From NCBI GenBank assembly GCA_050273025.1, contig CP158635.1, forward strand, positions 6,076,001 to 6,140,000: a stretch of DNA of 64,000 bases, read 5' to 3'. Every line of letters begins with the position of its first letter. Within the stretch, counting starts at the first letter, position 1. Source of the stretch: Cenococcum geophilum (taxonomy: Eukaryota). The notes beneath the pieces were generated by a model. The model searched no databases. It was not told the DNA's origin and saw only the letters and a program-made list of their open reading frames with translations. Below are positions 1 to 12,782 of this stretch, piece by piece. The translations under genes and the position numbers were made by a program.

Positions 1-1
1 A

Positions 2-121
2 CGGCCTTGGCTGAAGCTTAACTCTACTTGCCCGCTCGATCGCAAGGTTTTGACCAAGAAGGAGCCACCTGTGCTGGAGAAGGATGATGATGATGGCGAG
101 TGGGACGATATGTATGCCTGA
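2..121 (+). CDS. 3' end of a RING-H2 finger (E3 ligase-type) protein, truncated by the window start
   Basis: Frame 2 reads RPWLKLNSTCPLDRKVLTKKEPPVLEKDDDDGEWDDMYA*. W-L-x4-CP-x-D-R matches the end of a RING-H2 domain, followed by an acidic tail. Stop TGA at 119-121. Confidence 0.75.
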   Translation, partial: RPWLKLNSTCPLDRKVLTKKEPPVLEKDDDDGEWDDMYA

Positions 122-3100
122 TTTGAGGTGATAGAATTTACGAGTTGGCATTGCTTTGGAGTTTGGGGGTTGATTTTGGTCTGCATGATGATACTCACCA
201 TCTTGGCTCGTGAACAGATCTTTGGAGGTCTTGCGATGGAGAGTTGGGTTGTTTTGTATTTTGAAAACAAGAAAAAATACTCCTCCTTTACAGAGAGAAC
301 ACTTTTCAACATGGCAAATTCGCATTGTCACAAATGATGTATGCTCCCTGACTCTCACTATTGATACTATCAGCCTGGCCTTTTTTTGCTAATGTTGCTA
401 TGACTAAATTTTCGCCCTTTCTCGTTTCATACCCTTTTCGTATGAGCAAACGGTATATCTGGCTGTTTAACTGTTGTGGAGAGACTTAAATGTTTTGATA
501 TCTTCTGGGCATTATCTGGGGGTAAGTATTTGAGTGTTGGAAGTTTTGAGGTTTACTAAATTAAGAAGCTGCCGGCGTCAATTTCAATATTAATATGTCT
601 GCTGGAAGCGCGGCTTCTCCCAGGAGCAACACCCCGCTTGTCAGAGAATCTTACCTACTTTCTTGATGCGGAGGCAGTGGCCTTCTGTGCCTTCATTGTG
701 CGATATTGTGAAACAGTTCCCCCCGGGCGAGCATAATCAACTAATAGATTTATTTGAGTATACTGCTGCCACTGGAAGGCCCAACAGTCACACCGACCTT
801 TGGTTCGCCTCCGAAACTTGCCTATCTTTGGATGAATGCCAAACGCATTGCGTACATTTTGTGCTCCAAATGTCCAATGAAGACGCGGCGTCAGGCGGGC
901 GTCCGAGACTCCCAGCATCCGAGTCATCGGCAGCCATGCTCGCTTAAAATGGCCGCTCTCTTACCTTGTTAGGCGGCTGCTGCGACGCGACGACGCCGCC
1001 CCCTTGCAGCAATTGGCGAGAGGGTCGTTGGCTTGTCCCATATGAGACTCACGAATCTGCTCGGTTTCCTACTTCCCAGCTTTTGGTCTTTCAGATTATC
1101 GGCTCAATTATAGCGGCACTTCCATATCTGGATTACTTCAAGAACAACCGAGAGCACATTCCTTAAACATGTTTGCAACAACCCATTTTTCGAAACCTAT
1201 CTCCTTCTCTCGCTTTCAGCGCTTCTTCCTTATCGTCGCATTAATCCTCAACGGCATCGTCCTTCTCTACAAATTCGGCCCGAGAGGCTGGCTGCTACCG
1301 ACTTCAGTAAGTAAAGCAACTCTTCGCCTCGCTAAATCACGTGCGCTAAACGGTTCCAAAAGCAATTCGAAGCCTTCGTGCCAGCCGCGAGAGTTGTGGC
1401 CTGGGAGCAGTGATGGAATGATGTGCTTGCTCCGAGGAGTTGCTACTTTAGCTTAACTCCTCCTGTACCTAGAGCCGCATGAGTGACGGCTCGTAGGTCT
1501 GAGGCGTGTTGAGCGCCTATGGATCCAAGTGATGGAAAACTGAGAATATCAGATTCTCAATTGGGGTGGTTGACCGTTTGGCCCACCCCGCGCTTCGATC
1601 CATGGAGTTGTCTTTTATATCATCATTCCATCTGTCAACTGCGAAATCCACGATCTCTACCGCAAGTTCCTCGCAGTTACGCGTGTTGGACCGGAATTTG
1701 TCGCAGATCGGATTGGTCGCCTTGGAAGAAAGGAGTTGGGCCACGTTGGATGTTGTCCTGGAGGTTCGATTGCCGAATCTTTACCAGGAGATAAGCGGTT
1801 GGGCAGGGAATCCTAGTCGAAGTTTGAGGGCCTCCAGACTAGGATACAGGGAATTGTATGCTATTGGACTGAGTAAAACGTACTCGCTGATTCAGGAGCT
1901 GATAAATGAGTTAGAATAGCAATTCTTTTGCCATTGTGTATGTCTAGAAGAGGCAATCAACCCACAGGTACTGCTCCCCAAAAGCCTCAACAAAATCCAT
2001 AGCATCTTCAATCACCTGCGGCGCCTGTTCCTTTCGCAGAGAGTTATCACACTCGAAACGTTTCGCGTTGCTTTTCGTTGCTTGAAAGACTGGGACTCCA
2101 CCCCAGACATGGGACAAGGCCATGTAGCACAGTTTGAGCGAATTTTAGCCAGACACCTTGTAGTGACGTAATGCTGATTGGATCGAGATGTCTCATGCCT
2201 GCTTGATGGATGTCCCGTTCGTCACAGTGGTTGCTATCGCATTCACGTGTGCAGGCGTGAATGTGTTTGATATGGATTTGTGCGGAGTCACGAGTATCCT
2301 TGGAATTTCGAGAACTAGTATAAACAACAGACTGGTAACCCAAATGCGGCTTGCTAGCCCTCAAGACAAATATATCCGTGCTTCTGGAACGAAGATCCGT
2401 GTATCAGGAGATGATGCAATTGCCTAAGATTGGACCTCGGGAGAGGGCGGGGGGAGACATTTAGTTTCACCTGCGAAAGGTGGAGTATGAGCCTTTGTGG
2501 ACGCGGAGCTTTTGGACAGCATGTCGTAGACCATGCTGTATATTAAACATGTATGCTGTCTTTGAGATATATCATCGATAGAACCGAACACTATTGGGTT
2601 GATATCACGAAGACCAGCATTAAGAAATGCAAAGATTTCTACTGGATTATTGCAAATATGGTCGCAGCTCTATGACTTTTCTCTGATCGTTTCCCTAGTT
2701 TTATGGAATCGCTTGAAAACCTTAAGACGTGGAGAAATAAAAATGACGATATAATCTTTTGAGAAGCGATCAGACCTAGCTTCTTGAGCAGGCAGAGGAG
2801 AAGCGCATCGTCTAGTCGAAGGGAGTAGGGATGTCTGCCAATATTCAAAGGCTCCGGACTTGTTTGGGAGAATTACATGACTGAAATTTTGCAGGTGATT
2901 GAAAAGGGGAGACAGAAAAATGTATGAATACAAAGAGGCCGAGCGCCTTATATGCTGAAGGCTATCCTGTTCCCTGCGCCAGACTTGATAAACCCAAAGC
3001 TTTCTCAACTAACCTGTGGTTGGAACCATGAACTTCAGTGTGGCTCGGCTTAATGCCTTTACCTACCATTGCCGCCTTAACAATCCCAATAGACATTTCT

Positions 3101-3422
3101 GTAAGACCTCCTCAGCGAAATTCCATACGGCTTCATTGGAGCTGATGATAGGCTTGGCTACAGCTTGAGATTGACTCGTGTTTCGGAGTGGAAGACCTCG
3201 TGACGGATTTAGCTATTGTCGTTGGCGGCGAAGCCAGGCGTCGCGGGCCCTCACCGCCAAACGAACCACATGTTTTTTCTGGGGCACCACAACTTGGCCT
3301 CTCTGCTCTTGTCCCAACCCTCTGTCACCGAATTCCCTCTCCAAGCCGAACACCTTTAGGAGACCAACCGCCTGAACACCCAACATTTTGTCGTTCGAAC
3401 TACTATTGACACCAATTCAACC

Positions 3423-4930
3423 ATGAGTCTCCAACCTCCAAGTCTCAGGCCCAAAGGAGGTAATGTCCCTTCCACCAAAGCAGTTATTTTGGTATAGCAG
3501 CTCTTCGATAACCCACTACTCTACCATGTCTAACACAAGCAGGTGGGCGGACCTTCTCGAGGCACGAGGTTTAGGCCTTTGTCCATGGAATTGCCCAAGG
3601 TACAATTTTTTTTTGCTGGGAAGCATATGCCTTTTAAGTGCCAGCTAAATAAACCCTAGCCACTATTCCCTGTTGCGGGCCACCCTATAATTGAGCACTG
3701 CTTTGCAGCAATTTCCAAAGTCCCCGAGATCAAGGAAGTTTTCATCGTTGGCTACTACGACGAGTCCGTCTTCCGGGACTTCATTAAGGACGCCTCGAAA
3801 GATTTCCCCCACATCAGTGTTAAATACCTCCGAGAATACCAAGCGCTGGGCACGGCAGGCGGTCTATACCATTTCCGAGATGTCATACTGAAGGGCAGAC
3901 CGGAGCGATTCTTCGTGCTGAATGCCGACGTCTGCTGTTCTTTCCCCCTCAACGAAATGCTCAAGCTGTTCGAGGACAAGGACGCAGAAGCGGTGATGCT
4001 TGGCACGAGGGTTCCCAACGAGTCGGCAACAAACTTCGGCTGCATCGTGTCGGACGCGCATACCAAGCGGGTGCTCCACTACGTCGAGAAGCCCGAGTCA
4101 CACATCTCCAACCTCATCAACTGCGGCGTCTACCTGTTCTCCACGGAATGCATATTCCCCGCCATCCGCAGCGCCATCAAACGCCGCACGGAGCGTCCCA
4201 GGCTGCTCTCGTATCCCTCCTCGGAGAATCTCGAGTCCTCGTTCTACCAGGGCGAAGAAGAGGAGACAGAGAAGACGGAGGTGATCCGCTTGGAGCAGGA
4301 CGTGCTGTCAGATATCGCGGACAGCAAGCAGTTTTTCGTGCTGGAAACAAAGGACTTCTGGCGTCAGATCAAGACGGCTGGCTCCGCCGTGCCAGCTAAT
4401 GCTCTGTACCTCATGAAGGCTTACCAGTCCGGCTCGGAGGAGCTAGCAGCTCCCTCGGCCAACATCATCCCTCCAGTTTACATTCATCCGACTGCGACTG
4501 TTGACCCTACTGCGAAGCTTGGTCCTAACGTCTCAATTGGCCCGCGAAGCACTATTGGAGCGGGTGTGCGTATCAAGGAGTCAATTGTCCTGGAAGACTG
4601 TGAAATCAAGCATGATGCGTGCATTTTGTACACCATCGTTGGCTGGCACAGCAAGATTGGATGCTGGGCTCGTGTTGAGGGAACGCCAACGCCAATCAAT
4701 AGCTACACGACCACCATCGTGAAGAACGGTGTCAAGGTCCAGAGCATTACAATTCTTGGAAAAGAATGTGGTGTGGGCGATGAAGTGCGGGTGCAGAATT
4801 GCGTGTGTCTGCCATACAAGGAGTTGAAGAGGGTTAGTATTCTCGCAATCCTTTCGATCTTTTGTCGTCTGGTGCGAGGAATATTTACTTACTTGAGATA
4901 CAGGATGTCGCTAACGAAGTCATTATGTGA
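3423..4930 (+). CDS. Mannose-1-phosphate guanylyltransferase (GDP-mannose pyrophosphorylase), GMPPA/alpha-like; 4 exons
   Basis: Exons 3423-3491, 3543-3599, 3660-4832 and 4904-4930 with GT..AG introns. The splice gives [33 protein letters not shown] (nucleotidyltransferase signature), LGTAGG, YVEKP, hexapeptide repeats (VYIHPTATVDPTAKLGPNVSIG) and a C-terminal DVANEVIM*. Confidence 0.93.
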
Positions 4931-6013
4931 GTAATGTTATTTTGGGAATGATACCATGGCATACGAATAGCATTGTATGCTTGGGACGACATGGTTAGCA
5001 ATGATTCAGGGTGGGTTATGTAGTTTGGAAGATGGTGGGTCAAAGATGGATCGGCCTGAAAAGTTCCCGGCACGTCAGAATTCATTAAGGCAGGAATGGT
5101 AGAAGCATTAATTGGCGTTCAACCTCTCGATAACTCTTCTTCACTCAAGACATGATCTGGACAATAAAGTGCCTATCACCGAATTTGATTGAGGCGGTTC
5201 TCTTCTTCAAACTTGTCAGACAACTTGCCCAGCTGGAATACCGTCTTAGCCTACAATACGTACTGGCCAGTCGATTGGCTTGCTGCATCGTTAGAATCGT
5301 TTTGAGGTATACTAGCTCAAACAAGGATTGTCGCAACCCTCGGCAAAATTGGTTCAGTTTTTTTTTCCTAATAGGCACCTCCAGCCTTACCTCAACAGGC
5401 ATATCTACCCGAACGTTAATGGTTTGTATGTTCATAAAAGAAAAGCTGACTGCATCACCGTGATCCTCTATATAAACGAGGGCGATCGGTTTGGCGATTA
5501 AAGTCTTGAGCCCAAAGAGGTATAAAGCAGAGGCTGGATTCTACCAAGGACTAATAATCTCATGGCGATACTACAACCTCTATCTAAAGTAGCCGTCTTC
5601 TCTTGGGCGTTGTCCTCCCGCGTCTCCTACTTCTCCCACGTCCTCTCTCTGTAAAACAGCTCAATCCAGTCAGCTGGTGTAGTTGGCTCACCCGGACTCC
5701 AAGGTACCAATTCCTCTCGGCTCGATTGATTTGTCCAATGTTACTAAACACCAAGCTTGTTTGTTTGCTTGTCCATCAAGACCCTCCACTTATAAAATCA
5801 CTCAGTTTCACTCTCCTCACACCTTCACTGTCACCTAAAACCTCTACTCCCTTCACTTCTCTCAGCTATCTCAGCTTCTCCACACTCTAACTTCTCCAAC
5901 TCGCGCTCACGAAAACCCAGCAACAGGTACACACCAATCCTCACTCTCAACCATCCTCTCTCTGCTCACATGGACCTCACAAGCCCACCACTACCACCAC
6001 TGCCACCCTCACA

Positions 6014-7120
6014 ATGACCAACTCCACCCCAACCCCCCTCCCGTCTCTCCCCCTCATCTCCCTCGCCCCCTTCCTCACCCCCTCTTCTCCCCCCTCCGCC
6101 CGCCTCGCCGCCGCCACCGCCCTCGCCGCCGCCTGCACCAACTACGGCTTCTTCTACCTAACCGACCACGGCATCCCCGCCTCCACGACGTCGCGCGTGC
6201 TCTCCCTCGCGACCCAATTCTTCCAGCTCCCCACCGCCGAAAAGACGCGCATCGCCCGCCACGACGCCGGCGGCCCCGAGCACGGCGACGGCGCGCGCGG
6301 CTACCAGCCGCTTGGCGACAACGTCACCAAGGGCCGCAGGGACCGGCAGGAGGCGGTGGATTGGTATCGGGAGGTGCCGAGCGCCGGACCGCCGTATCCG
6401 TTGCTGCGGGGGCCGAACCTATGGCCAGAGAGGCCGGCGGAGCTGAGGGGGGTGTATGAGGCGTATGTCGGGGAGGTGCTGAGGGTTGGGGAAGTGCTGG
6501 TGAGGGCGATGGGGGTGGCGTTGGGGCTGGGGCCTGCGGCGGGGGCGGCGGGGGATGGGGAGGAGCGGGGGCGGGAGGACGAGGAGGTGTTTGTGCGGCG
6601 GACGCGGGAGGCGTTCTGGGTCATGCGCATGATCGGGTATCCGGCGCTGGAGCCTGCCTCTCGGCCGGGCGGCGCGGACCGGGTGGGCGGTGGTGAGGCT
6701 GCGGCGGGGGACGACGGCGTCGAGCAGTTGTCGTGCGGCGAGCACACGGATTACGGCTGCGTGACGCTGCTGCTGGCGGATGCGACGGTCGGCGCGCTGC
6801 AGGTCCAGCTCAAGGACGGGGCGTGGATCAATGCGGACCCGGTGCCTGGAGCCTTTGTCGTCAATATCGGCGATATGATGGAGACGTGGACGAATGGGCT
6901 GTGGAAGAGCACGATGCATCGCGTCATTCATCGCGGTGAGGGGTTTAGGGTCAGCGTGCCGTTCTTCTATGAGCCGGATTGGGATGCGGTGGTTAGGCCG
7001 TTGAGGAAGTGTGTGGAGAGGACTGGAGGGGTGGAGCTGTATCCTCCGGTTAAGTATGGGGATCACTTGACGCTGAAGGCGCTGAATAACTTCTATGCGG
7101 AGGAGAAAGGGGATGATTGA
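6014..7120 (+). CDS. 2-oxoglutarate/Fe(II)-dependent dioxygenase (IPNS/DIOX_N family), intronless
   Basis: 368-aa ORF with N-terminal LPLISL...ACTNYGFFYLTDHGI, the HTD..H facial triad (GEHTDYGCVTLL; STMHRV), VVNIGDMMETWTNG and the RxS motif (RVSVPFF). Confidence 0.92.
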   Translation: MTNSTPTPLPSLPLISLAPFLTPSSPPSARLAAATALAAACTNYGFFYLTDHGIPASTTSRVLSLATQFFQLPTAEKTRIARHDAGGPEHGDGARGYQPLGDNVTKGRRDRQEAVDWYREVPSAGPPYPLLRGPNLWPERPAELRGVYEAYVGEVLRVGEVLVRAMGVALGLGPAAGAAGDGEERGREDEEVFVRRTREAFWVMRMIGYPALEPASRPGGADRVGGGEAAAGDDGVEQLSCGEHTDYGCVTLLLADATVGALQVQLKDGAWINADPVPGAFVVNIGDMMETWTNGLWKSTMHRVIHRGEGFRVSVPFFYEPDWDAVVRPLRKCVERTGGVELYPPVKYGDHLTLKALNNFYAEEKGDD

Positions 7121-7453
7121 TGTTTGGACGGGTTCTCGGGTCGGGATATGGGCGTAAGGATATCAGCTCAAACAAAAAGCTCTGGGGTGTTTGATGGCAC
7201 TCAAAATACTCTTCGGTGGTAAATTTGCATTCGGAATGGGCATTGTGGCAGGCATGGCCTTGGGTGGAGATGGTTCATAGTTTTGGGACTCATGGTGGCA
7301 GTACTGAGATGTGACTGATGCCTCTTTCAAAGGCTAGGAAAAGGCTGGAACCTCAAGGTAGAATTCCAGTCTACTAAATACCGCACTTTTATAATAAAAG
7401 CCAATAGCCTTGAGCATTTACCTGTAGTCCACTAACCGTGCTTGATCCACCAC

Positions 7454-8092
7454 TTAACGCCCTTCCTCTTCCGATCCCAGCTCCCACAACCTCACCTCCG
7501 CCCTCAACCCCTCCTCCCGCGCCTGACCCGGCCTCGCCGCATACGCTCCAACCCCAACCTCCCACCCCTCCTCCACCGCAAAAAACCACGCCACCTCCCG
7601 CAACGGCGTACGCTTCACCACCGCCCCTTCTGAGTCCAGCTCGAGAGCATACACCCACAGGCTCGTCCCATGCGCATCCGTCTCGCGGCGCGCCTCAACA
7701 GTCGCGGCGACGGGAGCAGCGGCGGCGGCAGCGGGCAGAGGCGTAACGCTCCAGTCGGCCCAGCTGTCGCACGCAACGGTGCTGAGCCAGGGGACGCTGT
7801 CGGCGAACTCGACGCCGGTTTTCAGCCACTTGTCTGGCGCGGCGTCGGTGGCTTCAGTGGCTGTGGTGGGAGTGGGAGTGCGGCGGAGGTGGAGGAGCAG
7901 GCCGGCTTGGTCGTATTGTGTTAGGGATGAGGTTGGTGGGAGGGTGAGGGTGAGGCGGGCACGCTGGAAGGAGCGGAGGGGTTGGAAGAGGAGGGGGGAA
8001 GGGTGCGTGGGCGCGTTGAGGATGTTGGTGTTCGGTGGTTTGCGCCAAATGTCGGTGCCGGGGGGTGCGGTGAGAGTAGTGGTGGTGGACAT
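7454..8092 (-). CDS. DUF1349 / Ree1-like concanavalin-fold protein
   Basis: 212-aa ORF with APPGTDIWRKPP, QYDQAGL, KWLKTGVEF, DSWADWS, PLREVAWFF and VGAYAARP, which are typical of fungal DUF1349 proteins. Confidence 0.8.
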   Translation of the reverse strand: MSTTTTLTAPPGTDIWRKPPNTNILNAPTHPSPLLFQPLRSFQRARLTLTLPPTSSLTQYDQAGLLLHLRRTPTPTTATEATDAAPDKWLKTGVEFADSVPWLSTVACDSWADWSVTPLPAAAAAAPVAATVEARRETDAHGTSLWVYALELDSEGAVVKRTPLREVAWFFAVEEGWEVGVGAYAARPGQAREEGLRAEVRLWELGSEEEGR

Positions 8093-8680
8093 GTTTGGTT
8101 TTCTGGAGAGGTGGGATGGAGTGGATGAGAAGGTATTAATTGGGACTGAAGTGGTAGAGTGAGGCGGAGTTGAACGAAAGAATGTGACTTGACAAGATTG
8201 CCGTGGCTTTGTAGATTTGTGTATAAATAGCGTGTAACAATGAGTGATGGTAATGTTTTTCGGCGGGGTGAGAAAATTGAGGTCTTATATATCAAAGGCT
8301 GCGTTTGAAGGGTGAATGTAACTATGACTCTAAACTCGGCTGACGGGATATTTTTCCGTAATCCAGTAACTGCAACACGGTGCGGGGGTTTCTTGGCGGC
8401 AGATGACCTGTTTAATTTGTCAAAAGTTGCGAGAATACCATTCTAGAAGATTATGCAACTGTTTATGTGGTAGGTTGAGATCGTGAGGTTGCAGAAATAC
8501 GCAAAATGTAAGGGTACTAATTAGCGAAAAGCTTAGAATGTGCATATGAAATCTCAGAATCTGTATTTGGTCCTTGACACATAGATTTTCATAGGCAAAT
8601 CTAGAAGCCGCGGTTTAATAAAGAAACAGACAGCTCTTGTTTTACGGATATATATATACACTGTACATGCTGTGGGGTGT

Positions 8681-9730
8681 CTATTTCTTTCCCTCCTCCT
8701 TAGGCGATTCCGGCTTAGGTGTAGGCAATTTGAACTGAATAAAGTCAGAAATTTGTTTCGCTTATAAGCACTTGTGAATCGGAAATGGCAAAGGATTGAA
8801 TATACCTGGTCTGGTTGCCTGTCCTCTCCTGGTCCAACTGGTTCCCAGGCAGTAGAACCACCCCGGAAATTCCTAAAAGCCTGGGTCATCTCCAGTGGTT
8901 CCACAACAATTCGCTTCTTCTCCTCATCATATCTTATCTCAGTGTATCCAGTCATCGGGAAATCTTTCCTCAATGGATGACCGTCAAATCCGTAGTCAGT
9001 CATGATTCGTCTCAGATCGGGATGTCCAACGAAGAATACACCGAAAAGGTCATACACCTCCCGCTCATACCAGTTCGCTCCATCGTATAGATCGCATATG
9101 CTGGGAACCGGGGTGGCTTCGTCAGCATATGTCTTGACCCTTATGCGAGAATTGTGCCGGATGCTGAGCATGTTGTAGACAATTTCGAAGCGTTGGTCCT
9201 TCGTCGGGTAGTCAACGGCAGTGATATCACTAACTTGAGTGAACTCTGCAGCGGTGTGATATTTGAGGAAGGTGAACACGGGGATGACACCAGATGGTGC
9301 GATGCAGATGCTCAGCTCGTCCTTCCAGACGGTAAATCTGCAGTGCTTTTGTTAAAGAGGCTCTCTAACGACATTTTGGCACACGCACTGCTGGATATAT
9401 TTTGGCAAGCAGGACATCAAATATTGTCCATATTTATGGAGAGCTTGTCCCTTCTCTTCGTATCTGTCGGCTGGATTGACGATCGGAGCCTTGAGCTTGC
9501 TTGGCGTCGGGTCTCGCGGTGCAAACTGCATTCCAGCTTAGGATGGTGAGGAGAAAGCATGAGTATCAATTGAGGATTACCCGTAGATTCGGTGTCTCAG
9601 ACGTATCTGAAGCCACCTGCTTAGATCGAAGAGTTGTAGTTGCGAAAGCTCGAATACAGAGGGAGCTGGAGCTGGCGGCGCAGCGGACGGCGGAGGCCAA
9701 TGGCCTGCTCACAGACAGCCTGAGAGCCAT
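8681..9730 (-). CDS. NDUFS3: NADH:ubiquinone oxidoreductase 30 kDa subunit (complex I, NDUFS3/NuoC homolog), mitochondrial precursor; 4 exons
   Basis: ATG at 9730 begins an Arg/Ser-rich presequence. Introns are 9580-9526, 9388-9338 and 8805-8735. Motifs: [59 protein letters not shown]. Stop at 8683-8681. Confidence 0.95.
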
Positions 9731-10125
9731 TTGTAGAGTGGAGGGAAGAAGGGAGTGCTGCAGTGGTTTGGCAGCCCGGATGGACTGTGTGGTAGAGGCC
9801 AATGGATTCGCTCAACACCATGATATTCACCAACCGAGAAGCGTCGGGTTTGGGATGGCGGCTTGTTCCGTTGGGCACGTGATGGGTCGAGGACTTGGCG
9901 TCGCATCGGCTGTTGTCTCGACTTTCTTCTCTCCCTGTCATCCAAACTCACCAACCCCATCTCTTTATGATCTTTCACGTCTCACGGCCGGCGTTTGTCT
10001 CTTTCTTTGCCGCTCCCCTTGTATTATTTTGGTAGCGACAGCCCGTCTCATACCCGTATCCCTTCTTTGGGCATCATCTCCTTTTGACCGCCACCGCTCC
10101 ACTTTGAACAGCTCACCACATCACC
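9731..10125. promoter_or_regulatory. Compact divergent (bidirectional) promoter/5'UTR region shared by NDUFS3 and NOT4
   Basis: The start codons of the two head-to-head genes are only 395 bp apart, and a pyrimidine-rich tract precedes NOT4. Confidence 0.55.
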
Positions 10126-12782
10126 ATGTCTCGCGCACAACAAGACCAGTTCGTCGATGATGACGAAGAAGAAGTCTGCCCATTATGCGTCGAAGAGTTC
10201 GATCTATCGGACAAGAACTTCCGTCCGTGTCCTTGCGGCTACCAGGTACGAGTTTTTCCAAAAGCTGCGACGGCCTCTTTTCGAGTCGGGCCTCCGCCAC
10301 TAACGCTTTTATCACTTAGATATGTCAATTCTGCTACAACAACATTAAGACAACGATGAATGGGCTATGTCCCGCTTGCCGAAGACCTTATGACGAAAAG
10401 AGCATCGAGTTTAAGGGAATTACCGCCGAAGAGTGAGCCCCGCCTTCTCGCCTTATATTCTTGCTTAATGTGATTTAACACTGTACAGACTGGCGATGCA
10501 CAGAGCCGAGATAGCTCAGAAGGCAAAAAAGAATGCTGCGCTACGGCAGAAAGAGGCGCAGAAGCGCGAAGCAGATTCGCTAAGTCGAAAACACCTCGCT
10601 GGGCTTCGAGTTGTTCAGAAAAACCTCGTTTATGTCACTGGACTTACTCCAACAATACGAGAAGACCGCCTCCTTGAGACTTTACGCGGCAATGATTACT
10701 TTGGCCAATATGGGAAAATCATTAAAATAGTCGTCAGCAAGGCAAAGGACACCTCTCATGCACAACAGTCGGTAGGGGTATATGTCACGTTTGCCCGTAA
10801 GGAGGACGCTGCCACTTGTATTGCAGCTGTGGACGGGTCGCCAAATGGAGACAGGACACTAAGGTATGGTCATCCGCTCAACTCACATCGCAAATTAACA
10901 TTCATGCAGGGCGCAATACGGAACAACGAAATACTGCTCGGCGTATCTGCGGAACGAAACATGTAACAATCGCAACTGCATGTTCCTCCACGAACCCGGA
11001 GAAGAGAATGATAGCTTCACACGCCAAGATCTTTCTTCCATGAACGTCATATCGACACAACAACCGGCTCAATCCCTTGCTCCTCACCCAACATCTCATC
11101 CTCTTCAATCCCAACCGCCGCCGCAACGAGCGCCACATAATATCGCTGCCGCTACTCAGCCTATGAATAGGCAAGAAAGTAATGATAGTCCTGCTAGTCC
11201 GACACAGAGCAATGGGGATGGGTCCGCTCTGCCATCAACAGCGAACTGGGGTAGCAAGACGACTCAAGATCGGCGAGCGAGTCGATCAACGAATGTCTCT
11301 AGTTCTAGTCCAATGGGTTCTCATGCCGTCCCGGAGACTCAGACACCCGAGGTAATCAGCTCTGAGCCGGAGTCCAAAAAGGAAAAGGAAACGGAAAAAG
11401 ACAAGGAGGTTTCTCAAAAGTCATCACAACCTTCGACATCTTCAACCCCTCAACCACCATCATCATCCCCTTCGCCTATCTCGCGTGTTCAGAAGCCCCG
11501 CGTACCCCACCTGGATGGACTACTGAAGGCGATTTCGAACCCAGATTTCAAATTTGTATTCTCTACCACTGCGATGAGTCCTGGTGACTTCGAAGTTGTT
11601 ACCCATTTCCCTCAAATGCTTGATCCAAATGGTGGTGCAAAACGACGTGCGATGAAGGACAAAGAGAAAGATCTGGAACATCAAAGACAAGAGGCTGAAA
11701 CCCAAGCTGCATTACAAGCCGCTTCTACGACTGAACCAGAAGAAAACCCTGAAGGCGGTAGCTTGCAGCTTGGAGGGGAGCCTGAAGAAACGCAAGAGAC
11801 AGGTGGTGGTCACGGTCAGCAGCTTGCCATAGCACCACCTTCACAACATAATCTTGGAGTTGGTCTAGGATTTGGGCAGAATTCTTCGCTAGCAGATGAC
11901 TTTGCAAATCTTGGTATCAGCAGCAGAGGCCTAACTGCTCAACAACAGCAGCAGCTCCTCCTATTCAAAGGCGCAGCACCTCAATCTTCTGCTCTCTTGA
12001 GTGCATTCCAAGGCAACCAAGGCCAACAGCAAAGTCACATACTGCAAACTAGCGCCTCGGGTCATGCAAGACACACCTCTAGGTTCAGTTTCGCAAATGA
12101 CAACGCTTCAGCTTCAGCAGCTATCCAGCCGGTCGCGAACGCAAAACTTATGAACCAACAGTCCTCCATGATGCCTAAGAATACCAACCATTTCAACCAG
12201 CTTTCTCAGCATCAACAGCTAGGGAACCAATTCTACACGAGTGGTGTCCAAGGTCCGCCGCCAGGCTTGAAGGCAACAGGAACGCCTCCAGTTAGTGGAG
12301 GAGGCATGTTCGGCCAAGGCCATGGATTTGCTACTGGAGGCTTAGGCTATGGTGCAAATGCGGCGGGCAGGAACGCAAATGATGCGATGTATCAAGAGTT
12401 GTTTCGTAACCGAGGCGGTGATGCCGGTCGGATGCCTGATGCTGGAAAGCGTGAGTCAATGTTTCCTTCTTTTCTTCATCAACACCCCACGACCTCCACG
12501 CCAGCCCCTACCCCTGGCATTTTGACCTTCCCTTACGGTGGACCCTCGCCTGGTGCATACCAGGAATCTGGTTCACAAAAGCAAAAGAAAAAGGGAAAGA
12601 AGCACAGGCATGCTAACACTTCCTCCTCCGGGGGAGGTGGTGTAGTTGATGTTGCAGACCCGAGTATCTTACAGGCGAGGTTGCATCAGGGAGGAGCCAT
12701 GGTTGGGCAGGGACTGTACGCTGGCCAAGGTCAAGGTGGGTTTTCTTCCATGTATGCCAATAATTACGTCGGGAGGTGGTAG
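10126..12782 (+). CDS. NOT4: CCR4-NOT E3 ubiquitin ligase Not4, short isoform (826 aa)
   Basis: Exons 10126-10245, 10320-10432, 10489-10863 and 10910-12782. C4C4 RING (CPLCVEEFDLSDKNFRPCPCGYQICQFC...CPACR), RRM (HLAGLRVVQKNLVYVTGL...YFGQYGKIIKIVV) and CCCH (YGTTKYCSAYLRNETCNNRNCMFLHE). Stop TAG at 12780-12782. Confidence 0.85.

Noticed and set aside
1169..1919. ORFs 1169-1456 (hydrophobic N-terminus, GTAAGT at 1307) and 1566-1919 as a possible small membrane-protein gene
   Set aside because: The obvious splice (1307-1362) gives only a 62-aa peptide, and no family motif is recognisable. It cannot be supported without RNA data.
1920..3400. Short ORFs on both strands upstream of the GDP-mannose pyrophosphorylase gene
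   Set aside because: No recognisable domains or consistent splice model.
6301..7066. Long antisense ORFs over GC-rich genes (also at 14.4-17.5 kb)
   Set aside because: Expected shadow ORFs from stop-codon scarcity in high-GC coding sequence.
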